The notes under the pieces are model-generated. The model made no database searches and was not told where the DNA came from. It saw nothing but the letters and a program-made list of their open reading frames with translations. From a bacterium (GTDB taxonomy: Bacteria > Hydrothermota > Tepidihabitantia > Tepidihabitantales > Tepidihabitantaceae): DNA of 45,529 nucleotides. This document shows, piece by piece, positions 37,442 through 45,529 of the stretch. How positions within the stretch are numbered: the stretch's first letter is position 1; each line of letters starts with the position of its first letter. The stretch is from positions 1-45,529 of the forward strand of contig JAWOHE010000045.1 of the NCBI GenBank assembly GCA_046485285.1, given 5' to 3'. The position numbers were made by a program, and so were the translations under genes.

Positions 37442-38871
37442 TGCCTGCTCCATTTCTGGCGCTCGCGCTCGAGGCGCGCGAGGTCGGAACGCCTGATGCC
37501 GGTCGGGTAACTGCCGGCGAAGCAGGCGGTGCAGAACTCCGCGCCGGTGCCGAACGACCCGAGCGCGGCGAGGAGTCCCTCATAGCTCTGGTAGACGAGC
37601 GCGTCGGCGCCGATCAGGTCGCGGATGCGATCGACCGGGTGACGCCGGGCAACGAACTCACCACGGGTGGTCATGTCGATGCCGTAGCAGCACGGGTGGC
37701 GGAGCGGCGGCGCGGTGATGGCGAGAGACACCCGGCGAGCGCCGGCGTCGCGGATCATCCTGACGATCTCGCGCGAGGTCGTGCCCCGGACGATCGAGTC
37801 GTCAACGAGCAGGACGTCGCGGCCGCGAACCTGGCTCCGGACCGGGTTGAGCTTCTTGCGGACCGACTGCATCCGGAGTTGCTGGCCGGGCATGATGAAG
37901 GTCCGGGCGATGTAACGATTCTTGATCAGTCCCTCGCGGAGAGGGACGTCGAGCGCGCGCGCGAGGGAGTCGGCCGCGGCCCGGGCGGTGTCGGGAATCG
38001 GCACGACGACGTCGGGCTTGAGGCCGGCGCGCCGGACCGCTTTCGCGAGCTCCGCACCGAGGCGGAGCCGGGCCTCGTAGACCTCGATGCCGTCGATGAT
38101 CGAGTCGGGCCGGGCGAAGTAGATGTACTCGAAGATGCAGGCGTGGGGCCGGGCCGGCGCGAGCCGGCGGCGGTGAGCGCGCCGCGCCGCGTCGACGAAG
38201 ACCGCTTCGCCGGGCGCGACGTCAGTGTAGCGGTCGAAGCAGAGCCGGTCGAAGGCGACGCTCTCCGAGGCGAACGCGACGTCGCGGCCGCGGCGGGCAA
38301 AGACGAGCGGCTTGATGCCGAACGGGTCGCGGAAGGCGACGAGGCCCTTGCCCTGGATGATGCCGATGACCGAGTAGGCTCCCTGGACCCGGCGGAACAC
38401 ACCCTCGACTGCGGCGAAGACCGACTCTGGTCCGAAGGCATCGAGGTCGGTCTTGTCGAGCTCGTCGGCGAAGACATTGAGAATCGGCTCGACGTCGGAG
38501 AAGCTGGTGAGCTGGCGGTGGCTGGTTTTGTCGAGCTCGCGCCGGAGCGCGTAGTAGTTGGTGACGTTGCCGTTGTGGACCATCGCGATGCCGAACGGGT
38601 GGTTGACGTAGAACGGCTGGGCGTCCTCGTCCGAGCCCGGGCCAACAGTCGGGTAGCGGACGTGGCCGATGCCGGCGGAGCCGGTGAGCCGGGCGAGGTT
38701 CTTCTCATTGAAGACGCCGGCGACGAGGCCGTTGCCCTTCTTGAGGTGGAAGGTGATGTCGGAGGTGAGGATGCCGGCCGAGTCCTGGCCGCGGTGCTGG
38801 AGGGTCAAGAGTCCCTCGACGAGGCCGGGCGCGACGGGCTCGGACAGCGCGAGGCCGAGGATGCCGCACAT
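37438..38871 (-). CDS. purF: Amidophosphoribosyltransferase
   Basis: MCGILG N-terminal Cys, LQHRGQD, HNGN, CIFEYIYFARPDS and VDDSIVRGTT motifs. Confidence 0.97.
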   Translation of the reverse strand: MCGILGLALSEPVAPGLVEGLLTLQHRGQDSAGILTSDITFHLKKGNGLVAGVFNEKNLARLTGSAGIGHVRYPTVGPGSDEDAQPFYVNHPFGIAMVHNGNVTNYYALRRELDKTSHRQLTSFSDVEPILNVFADELDKTDLDAFGPESVFAAVEGVFRRVQGAYSVIGIIQGKGLVAFRDPFGIKPLVFARRGRDVAFASESVAFDRLCFDRYTDVAPGEAVFVDAARRAHRRRLAPARPHACIFEYIYFARPDSIIDGIEVYEARLRLGAELAKAVRRAGLKPDVVVPIPDTARAAADSLARALDVPLREGLIKNRYIARTFIMPGQQLRMQSVRKKLNPVRSQVRGRDVLLVDDSIVRGTTSREIVRMIRDAGARRVSLAITAPPLRHPCCYGIDMTTRGEFVARRHPVDRIRDLIGADALVYQSYEGLLAALGSFGTGAEFCTACFAGSYPTGIRRSDLARLERERQKWSRQ

Positions 38872-38880
38872 GAGGCAGTC

Positions 38881-38908
38881 ATTCTACGGCGGGCGCCCGG
38901 GCAGTCAA
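38881..38908 (-). promoter_or_regulatory. sigma70 promoter, near-leaderless for purF
   Basis: TTGACT, 16 nt, TAGAAT; ATG 9 nt downstream with no SD. Confidence 0.68.
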
Positions 38909-38951
38909 TCCGGGCGGAGGGGCGCAGACCGACGCCGGGGTCGCGGGCCGC

Positions 38952-39821
38952 TCATCCCTCGAAGTCAGGCGTGTATTCAGGCGTGGCCGCGGTGAGTTCC
39001 TGGGTGAAGCCCTGCTCGAAACCGAGTTCGTGGAGGCGGTCGCTGACGCGGCGGTACTCGCCGGGCGCGAGCCGGCAGTCGAAGCCGGGAAGCTCGCGGG
39101 CGCGCCAGGCCGGGTAGTACTGGGCCATCAGGCTGACGGCGACCCCGGTGCCGAGCTCGCGGGCAATCCAGTCGAGAACCCGGATGCTGTCGTCGGCGTG
39201 GCCGGGCAGGACCAGGTGGCGGATGATGATGCCGGAGCGGATAACGCCGTCGTCGTCGTACTCGTTGGGCCCGGCCTGGCGGAGCATCTCGCGGACGGCG
39301 GCGGTCGCGAACTCGAAGTAACGCGGGGCGAAGGAGCAGGCGACGGCGAGGTCGTCGGAGAAGTACTTGATGTCCGGCAGCCAGACCCGGACCAGTCCCT
39401 TGAGCCGGCGGATACGGTCGAGCTTCTCGTAGCCGTTCGAGTTCCAGACGACCGGGACAGCGAGGCGGGGCACCAGGCGTCCCAGCAGGGGCACGAGCAG
39501 GTCGGTGTACTGGGTCGGCGAAACGAGGTTGATGTTGTGCGCGCCGGCGTCGGCGAGGCCGAGGATGGCGGCCTCGAGTTCGGCCGGGTCGATGGCCCGA
39601 CCGCGGCCGAGCTGGGATATCCGGTAGTTCTGGCAGAACCGGCAGTGGAGGTTGCAGTGGCAGAAGAAGACCGTGCCCGAGCCGCGCGTGCCTGATACCG
39701 GCGGCTCCTCCCAGTGATGGAGCTGGATGTTCGACACCTCAAAGCGGTCGGTCGCGCTGCACGCGCCGGGACCGGCGGCGCGGTCGGCGCCGCATTCGAC
39801 CGGGCAGGCGTGGCAGGGCAC
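38952..39821 (-). CDS. Radical SAM protein, PflX-like
   Basis: CxxCP..CG.DR, HHWEEPP.SG..GSGTVFF, CNLHCRFCQN, GAHNINLVSPT and IIRHLVLPG motifs. Start is GTG 39821 (5 nt after TATACT) or ATG 39857. Confidence 0.88.
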   Translation of the reverse strand: MPCHACPVECGADRAAGPGACSATDRFEVSNIQLHHWEEPPVSGTRGSGTVFFCHCNLHCRFCQNYRISQLGRGRAIDPAELEAAILGLADAGAHNINLVSPTQYTDLLVPLLGRLVPRLAVPVVWNSNGYEKLDRIRRLKGLVRVWLPDIKYFSDDLAVACSFAPRYFEFATAAVREMLRQAGPNEYDDDGVIRSGIIIRHLVLPGHADDSIRVLDWIARELGTGVAVSLMAQYYPAWRARELPGFDCRLAPGEYRRVSDRLHELGFEQGFTQELTAATPEYTPDFEG

Positions 39822-39868
39822 GGAGAAGTATAGCCCGGCCGGGCGCGATGGGAACATGTTCCGGGCGG

Positions 39869-39896
39869 TTGCATCGCGGATGCGCCCGTCTAGAAT
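39869..39896 (+). promoter_or_regulatory. sigma70 promoter, leaderless for the patatin gene
   Basis: TTGCAT, 16 nt, TAGAAT; ATG 6 nt downstream. Confidence 0.6.
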
Positions 39897-39902
39897 GAGC
39901 CG

Positions 39903-42110
39903 ATGATGAAGGTTGTCCTTGCGCTCGCCGCGGTTGCGGCGCTCGCCGCGGCCCAGCCGGACGGCCGGCCGGCGCGAATCGGCCTCGCCCTTTCGGGCGG
40001 GGCCGCGCTCGGAACGGCCCACATCGGGGTGCTCAAGGTGCTTGAGCGCGAGGGCATCGACGTCGTCGCGATATCGGGCAACAGCATGGGCTCGCTGGTC
40101 GGCGGGCTGTACGCGGCCGGACTGCGGGCGGCGGAGATCGAGAGCATCGCGGCCGGCGCCAACTGGGGTCACCTGTTCAGCGCCGGCGTGCCGCTGGGCG
40201 CGCGCTACCTGGCCGAGCGCCAGCACGACAGCCGCTACGCTTTTCGACTCGGGCACCGCAGGCTCGTGCCTTCACTGCCCAGCGGCATCGTGCCGCTCCA
40301 GCAGGTCGAGTTCCTGCTGATGGACCTGCTCGCCGAGCTCGAGTACAACAGCGGGTTCGACTTCGACAGCCTGCCGATTCCGTACCGGGCGGTGGCGGTC
40401 GACCTGGTCTCGGGCCGGCTCGAGGTGATGCGGTGCGGGCGGCTGGCGCAGGCAATCCGCGCCAGCATCGCGATACCGGGCGTGTTCGCGCCCGAACTGC
40501 TCGACTCGATGGAGCTGGTTGACGGCGGGGTCCAGCAGTACCTGCCGGTCGAGCCGCTGCTCGAGTTCGAGCCGGACCTGATCATCGCGAGCAAGACGAT
40601 GAAGCGCACCCCGGAGACCGGCATCTCGCTGATCGACATCGTCTCCCGGAGCATGGACCTGGTCGGGGTCGAGGACCTCGCCCGGCAGACGGGGCTGGCC
40701 GACATCGTCATCGAGCCCGACGTTGACCCGTTCGCCCACTCCGACTTCCCGCGCGCCGTCGAGCTCATCGCGGCCGGCGAGCGGGCGGCCGAGGCCGCCC
40801 TGCCGCACATCCGCGAACTCCTAGCCGGACGGCAGACGGCCCGGTACCGACGGGCGATCGCGCCACGGCCGATGCCGGTGGTACGAAGCGTCCGGCTCGA
40901 CGGGCTCCGGGTGACGCGGCGTGCGACGCTCCGGCCGCTGGTCGAGACGAGGCCGGGCCGGTACCTGCTCCTGCGCAGGCTGCGCGACGACCTCGTCCGC
41001 GTGTACAACACCGGGCTGTTCGACGACGTCAACTACCGGCTCGTTCTCGGGCCGGCCGAATCGGTCGACGTCGTCATCGAGGTCCAGGAGCGGGCCTACG
41101 GCTTCTACCTGTTCGGACTCCGCTACGACAACGCGGACCGGGTCGGGCTCGGGCTCGAGGTCGGCCAGGGCAACCTCTGGGGCACCGGGGCGAGCGCCTG
41201 GGGCGCGGTCCAGCTCGGCGACCCGACCGAGTTCCGGGCCGGGCTGACCGGCGCGCGGCTGCTGACCCTGCCGTTCGGGTACCGCTTCGAGGGAAGCTGG
41301 AGCACGATCCAGCGTTCCTGCTACGAGACCGGCGTCCTGCAGGCCGAGTATGGGGTCGAGGTCGACGGCGCCCAGGTCGAGCTTGGCTTCGGGCTCGGTC
41401 GCAATGCGTACGTCACCGGAGGGTTCGGCCGCCGCCGGGCACGATACCGACTGCCTGCCGTCGTGCCGCCGGCACTGCGCGACCTGCCGCGCGAAGACCT
41501 GCTGGTCGGCCCGAGCGCGCGGTTCGAGTTCAACAACCTCGACGACCTGTCTCTGCCGCGGTCCGGCCTGGCGTTCGCGGCGGAGGTGAGGACTTCGATG
41601 TCGGTGCACGCGCCCGCGCGCGACCTCATCCGGGCCGAGGTGCGCTGGACCCGGGTCAGCCCGCTCGGGCGGCGACTGCTGTTCCGGGAGAACTGGTCCG
41701 CGGGGTTCTCCTTCGGCGACTCGGTGCGGGCCGAGTACTTCCACGCCGGCGGCGCGAGCCTGCCCGGGTTCGCGCACGAGGAGTTCTCGTCGCCGTACAT
41801 CCTGAGCTTCGAGCCGGCGCTCGACATCGTCATCGCCAACCTGTTCGGACGGGCGGACTACCCGCTCTGCGTCCGGTTCTTCGGCGCGGCCGCCGGGTTC
41901 AAGCGGCCGGACCGGCTCGTCGAGGACGCGACCCTGCTCGCCGACCTGCACTGGAGCGCGGGCGCCGGGTTCGTCGGCAACACGCCGCTCGGGCCGGTCA
42001 CGCTGCTGGCCGGGCTGACCGACTTCGCCAAGCCCCGGTCGTACGGCTACGCGCCGATGACGGTGCGGGTCTGGTTCGAGGTCGGGCGGGACTTCCGCTA
42101 CTCGCACTGA
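39903..42110 (+). CDS. Patatin-like phospholipase-POTRA-beta-barrel protein (PlpD / type Vd architecture)
   Basis: Signal peptide, LSGGAALG, GNSMG nucleophile elbow, DGG motif, POTRA-like segment (YNTGLFDDV), amphipathic strands. Confidence 0.9.
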   Translation: MMKVVLALAAVAALAAAQPDGRPARIGLALSGGAALGTAHIGVLKVLEREGIDVVAISGNSMGSLVGGLYAAGLRAAEIESIAAGANWGHLFSAGVPLGARYLAERQHDSRYAFRLGHRRLVPSLPSGIVPLQQVEFLLMDLLAELEYNSGFDFDSLPIPYRAVAVDLVSGRLEVMRCGRLAQAIRASIAIPGVFAPELLDSMELVDGGVQQYLPVEPLLEFEPDLIIASKTMKRTPETGISLIDIVSRSMDLVGVEDLARQTGLADIVIEPDVDPFAHSDFPRAVELIAAGERAAEAALPHIRELLAGRQTARYRRAIAPRPMPVVRSVRLDGLRVTRRATLRPLVETRPGRYLLLRRLRDDLVRVYNTGLFDDVNYRLVLGPAESVDVVIEVQERAYGFYLFGLRYDNADRVGLGLEVGQGNLWGTGASAWGAVQLGDPTEFRAGLTGARLLTLPFGYRFEGSWSTIQRSCYETGVLQAEYGVEVDGAQVELGFGLGRNAYVTGGFGRRRARYRLPAVVPPALRDLPREDLLVGPSARFEFNNLDDLSLPRSGLAFAAEVRTSMSVHAPARDLIRAEVRWTRVSPLGRRLLFRENWSAGFSFGDSVRAEYFHAGGASLPGFAHEEFSSPYILSFEPALDIVIANLFGRADYPLCVRFFGAAAGFKRPDRLVEDATLLADLHWSAGAGFVGNTPLGPVTLLAGLTDFAKPRSYGYAPMTVRVWFEVGRDFRYSH

Positions 42111-42157
42111 CCGACCGGGCCCGGACTCAGCGGTCGCCGGGCCGGGACGGAAGCACG

Positions 42158-42251
42158 TCGAGCCCGACGTCGACCCGTTCGCCCACTCCGACTTCCCCCG
42201 TGCCGTCGAGCTCATCGCAGCCGGTGGGCGGGCGGCCGAGGCCGCGATGCC
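42158..42251 (+). repeat. Diverged direct copy of patatin-gene segment 40711-40804
   Basis: 94 nt with 8 mismatches by manual alignment, mostly at codon position 3. Confidence 0.92.
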
Positions 42252-42410
42252 TGGTCCGCTTTCGGCAGGAGCGGCTTCATCGCCGCGATGTCCGCCTGAC
42301 GGAAAGAATCGCGACAGAGCCTGCCCCTTCGGGTACCTCTGGGCAAGCTCTGAGCGCAGTCGCAGGGGTCGAGATGGCCGGCCCGCGACCGGGCGCGGCT
42401 GGCCCGGGCC

Positions 42411-42439
42411 TTGACAGAAAGCGGCGGGCGGCCTAACAT
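42411..42439 (+). promoter_or_regulatory. sigma70 promoter, leaderless for the LVIVD gene
   Basis: TTGACA, 17 nt, TAACAT; second ATG (42446) 6 nt downstream. Confidence 0.62.
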
Positions 42440-42445
42440 CGCATG

Positions 42446-44704
42446 ATGAAAAGGACACTTGTTCTTCTCGGGTTGGTGGGAATGCTCTGCCTCGCGTCCG
42501 GACAGGGTCGGATGGCGGGTTTCGCGGCGCATGAGGCGGTGATAGACTCGCTCAGCCGGGTGCATCCGCGGCTTCGGGGCCGCTGGCTGAATGAACGCGG
42601 GCTGGAGATCCCGGGCATCAACGCACCGTTACCGGCTTCGCCGCTCTCGGACTCAGGCGGCCTGCGGATGGTCGGCAAGTGGGGCCGGGGACCGTCGGTC
42701 GAAGTCACGGGCCAGGATTCGCTCGTGTTTCTCTCGCTCGGCAGCCAGGTCGCCATCATCAACTTCGCGGACCCGGACAACCCGCAGGTCCTGTCCGAGC
42801 CGCAGGCGATGGGACTGGTAACTCAGGCCGCGGTCCGGGACTCGTTTCTATACATCGGTGCCCGGACCGGCCAGGCCGGCATCGAGGTCTGGAACATCGC
42901 CGACCCACGCAACCCGGTGCTCCGCAGCCGGACCCCGACCCTGCTCAGCGACTTCTGCATCCGGGACACGTTTCTCTACCTGACCCAGTCGCTCTCCGGC
43001 CCGAACGACACCTTCAAGATTTACAGCATCGCCAACCCGGAGAACGTGTATCTGCTCGGCAGTTGCCGGGACTCGGGCGATGCGGTCACGGTAACGAGCA
43101 ACGCCGCGTTTCTGGCCGACCGCTGGGGACTGTATGCACTGGACGTGAGCGACCCGGCCAATCCGCGCCGGGTCGGCAGCTATCCCGGGGTGCCGATTTC
43201 GGTCGAAGCCCGCGGAAACATCCTGTGCGTGAGCTTCATGGACCCGAACCAGCCGGACTGGCTGCGGTTCGAGATACTCGATGTCTCCAGTCCGGCTGCA
43301 CCGCGGCGTCTGGGCCATCTCGACGATGCCGGCGGGTATGACATCTTCCTTGCGGAAACGCTGGCGTTTCTGTCCGGGTATTACACCGGCGGGCATACCT
43401 TCCGCATCGTTGACATTACAGACAGCACGCGCCCGCGTATCATCAGCAGCACGCCTACGCCCGGAGAGGGTTGTGGTGCCTGGGTCAATCTTCTGACCGA
43501 ACGAGCTTACGTGGCGGACCGATTCGCCGGGCTGACGGTATTGGATATCAGCAACTTGAACATGCCGGCAGTTGATACCTCGCTCCTTCGTGCCGGGTTT
43601 GCGGAGGAAGTGTGTGTTGCCGGCTCACGGGCATATATTGGTGCCACCAGTTTCGGAATGGCGATACTGGATGTCAGTACGCCGGCAAGTCCCCGTCAGT
43701 TGGGCAGTGTTGACAGCACCCGCCGGGTATCGACCAAGGCGGTTGCGGTAGCGGACAGCATTGCCTACATAGGCTTCACTCCTTCGTGGGCAAGTCTGCG
43801 TGCGGTTGACGTCACGGATCCGACCCGACCAGTGACGATTGGCGGGATAAATGCCTTCAACCCGCCGGAGGCCGTGGTTGTTCGCGACAACTTCGTATAT
43901 GTAGCCGAAACCAACCGCTTCGAGGTCGTCTCCGTCGCCCGGCCCCGGGAGCCGGTGCTGGTGGGGAGTTGTCAAACGCAGGACGGAACCGCCTTCGGCC
44001 TGGCGGTGCAAAACTCGTTTGCCTACCTGATGAGCCGCAGGCTTCAGATTGTCAGCATCGCGGACCCCACAGCCCCTCATATTGTGGGCAGTGTGGAGCG
44101 GTGGTCGGCAGGCATTGCAGTCCGGGACACCTTCGCCTATTTTTCGGGTGACACGCTATTCGTCTACAGTGTGGCAAACCCGGCTCAACCTCGGATGCTC
44201 TCGGCAACGCCGACCGGCATCTGGCCGCTAGACGTGGCATTGAACGAGAACAGCCTCTTCGTCGGCGGTACGCATGGTGTCGAGGTCTACGACGTGAGCG
44301 ACCCGGCGCATCCGCGCCGGACCGGCGGGGCAAGTACTCCTTATGGAGTGAGACGACTACACTACAGCGACGGTCTGCTCTACGCCGCGATGTGGGATGC
44401 CGGGGTAGCGATCTTCGAGACGACGGCCGTCGGCATTACGGAGCCACGGACGCGGGCTGAACCGTCGCAGTCGGCTCTACGGGTAAGGCCAAACCCGGTG
44501 ACTCGGTGGTGCTTCCTGGACATAGGTCAGACCGACATTCGAGAGGTGAGCGTTCGAGATATCGCCGGCCGTAGAGTCGCGCTACCGCAGGTGCCGGTTG
44601 CTCAGATGATGAAGCTGGACTTCGGTGAACTGTCGCCCGGGCTGTACTTCGTCGAGGCAACGTCGTCAGGGCAGAGAGAGTTCGTTAAGATCATCAGACG
44701 ATAG
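42446..44704 (+). CDS. Secreted LVIVD-repeat (beta-propeller) protein with T9SS-type C-terminal sorting-like domain
   Basis: Signal peptide; many [IV]D[VI]SDP..P...G repeats; tail VRPNP...DIAGRRV...LSPGLYFV...KII. Confidence 0.88.
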   Translation: MKRTLVLLGLVGMLCLASGQGRMAGFAAHEAVIDSLSRVHPRLRGRWLNERGLEIPGINAPLPASPLSDSGGLRMVGKWGRGPSVEVTGQDSLVFLSLGSQVAIINFADPDNPQVLSEPQAMGLVTQAAVRDSFLYIGARTGQAGIEVWNIADPRNPVLRSRTPTLLSDFCIRDTFLYLTQSLSGPNDTFKIYSIANPENVYLLGSCRDSGDAVTVTSNAAFLADRWGLYALDVSDPANPRRVGSYPGVPISVEARGNILCVSFMDPNQPDWLRFEILDVSSPAAPRRLGHLDDAGGYDIFLAETLAFLSGYYTGGHTFRIVDITDSTRPRIISSTPTPGEGCGAWVNLLTERAYVADRFAGLTVLDISNLNMPAVDTSLLRAGFAEEVCVAGSRAYIGATSFGMAILDVSTPASPRQLGSVDSTRRVSTKAVAVADSIAYIGFTPSWASLRAVDVTDPTRPVTIGGINAFNPPEAVVVRDNFVYVAETNRFEVVSVARPREPVLVGSCQTQDGTAFGLAVQNSFAYLMSRRLQIVSIADPTAPHIVGSVERWSAGIAVRDTFAYFSGDTLFVYSVANPAQPRMLSATPTGIWPLDVALNENSLFVGGTHGVEVYDVSDPAHPRRTGGASTPYGVRRLHYSDGLLYAAMWDAGVAIFETTAVGITEPRTRAEPSQSALRVRPNPVTRWCFLDIGQTDIREVSVRDIAGRRVALPQVPVAQMMKLDFGELSPGLYFVEATSSGQREFVKIIRR

Positions 44705-44713
44705 GAGGACGAA

Positions 44714-45529
44714 ATGCGAAGAGCATTGATACTGCTCTGCGTAGCGGTCGGGTGCTCGTGGGCGCTCGTCCGTGCATATTCCGTGGAACCTAGAACTGCG
44801 ATCTGGTCAGGCTGGACACGTCCTACACCGCACCCGAATGACTACATCTCCCAGACCGTCACCTGCAACTGGGACCAGTTGGACAGCGCGACGGGTGGAT
44901 ATGTGGAGCTGTTTGCCGGTGACCATGGTGCGGGCGGAGCATACAATCTCGAAATCAGGGATATCACGGCCGGTCAGGTCGTGGCTGAGGAAGAGAACCG
45001 AACCCCGGGCGGAAGCCATACCTGGCTCAAGTTCAACAACATCCAGATGGAACTGGGGCGTTCCTTCACCAAAGGCAAGCAGTACGAATTCAAATTCACC
45101 CGGTCCGGGTCGGACAGCATCAATTACTACTACAACCCTTACGATCCATACGAGTACGGTAGCATTGTGCTACCCGGCGGGTCGTACCAGCCTCCGCCAA
45201 CCTCGGCTGACTTGTGTGCCCGGGTCTATGGCATCGCTCAGACTGAGAACAGCAAAGACCTGTTCGGCTCGCATCTGTTCCAGCTAGCGATGTGGAGGGA
45301 CTGGCGGCAGGGCGCCAATCCCGTGGAGGGCTGGGATGCCTGGTCGGACTCGGCCGCGGCAGTCGGAATCGGGTGGGCGCGAGAAGGTCTGGAATGGGGG
45401 TCGGTGCAGAGTGAGTCGGGCGGCAGTTTCAGCTTCGCGTACAAGTACGACACCGCAATGATTGCTTTGGCAACGCGGGGAATCAAACCGTTTGTCATAC
45501 TCTGTTACACTCCGAAGTGGGCGAGTTCG
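44714..45529 (+). CDS. Secreted protein, N-terminal beta domain then start of a GH-A clan (GH5/39-like) barrel; truncated by window end
   Basis: AGGAGG RBS; MRRALILLCVAVGCSWA signal; open to the window end (absent from the track because it has no stop); GIGWAREGLEW..V...G.F.F...D...RGI...IL.YTPKWAS pattern. Confidence 0.75.
   Translation, partial: MRRALILLCVAVGCSWALVRAYSVEPRTAIWSGWTRPTPHPNDYISQTVTCNWDQLDSATGGYVELFAGDHGAGGAYNLEIRDITAGQVVAEEENRTPGGSHTWLKFNNIQMELGRSFTKGKQYEFKFTRSGSDSINYYYNPYDPYEYGSIVLPGGSYQPPPTSADLCARVYGIAQTENSKDLFGSHLFQLAMWRDWRQGANPVEGWDAWSDSAAAVGIGWAREGLEWGSVQSESGGSFSFAYKYDTAMIALATRGIKPFVILCYTPKWASS

Noticed and set aside
40711-42251. Repeat pair as a diversity-generating retroelement TR/VR
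   Set aside because: Mismatches are not adenine-specific, are mostly synonymous, and no reverse transcriptase is present.
22893-42458. Many long antisense or overlapping ORFs (e.g. 22893-24209, 37441-39117, 40821-42458)
   Set aside because: These are shadow ORFs expected opposite high-GC3 genes; they have no motifs or start signals.

Overview
High-GC bacterial window. The gene content and the EF-Tu variant suggest an FCB-related candidate lineage such as WOR-3; this is inference only. Contents in order: (1) the 3' end of an rRNA operon (23S end, 5S); (2) a ~13.4 kb type IV filament locus (802-14163) with two very acidic, aromatic-rich pilin paralogs, a PilG/H/I (Xap)-like ABC module, three GspG-like minor pilins (two with Ig-like extensions), a natural PilM-PilN fusion, PilO, two PilP/GspC-like proteins (one polybasic), PilQ, PilT and PilD, but no PilB/PilC; (3) an OmpA-domain protein and a lipoprotein; (4) the Thr-Tyr-Gly-Thr tRNA / tuf / rpmG / tRNA-Trp / secE-nusG-rplKAJL-rpoBC-rpsLG cluster, which stops without fusA; (5) minus-strand pgeF, recJ, GT-C/TPR, DUF6754-like, purF and radical SAM genes; (6) a patatin-POTRA-barrel protein, an LVIVD protein with a T9SS-like tail, and a truncated secreted GH-A-like ORF. 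Notable fine-scale signals are recurrent leaderless sigma70 promoters, a tRNA-Trp overlapping the rpmG stop codon, a rewritten EF-Tu switch I, substitutions at the RNAP rifampicin pocket, active site and trigger loop, and a ~75-aa RpoB insertion. All calls come from reading the sequence by eye; no database searches were run.
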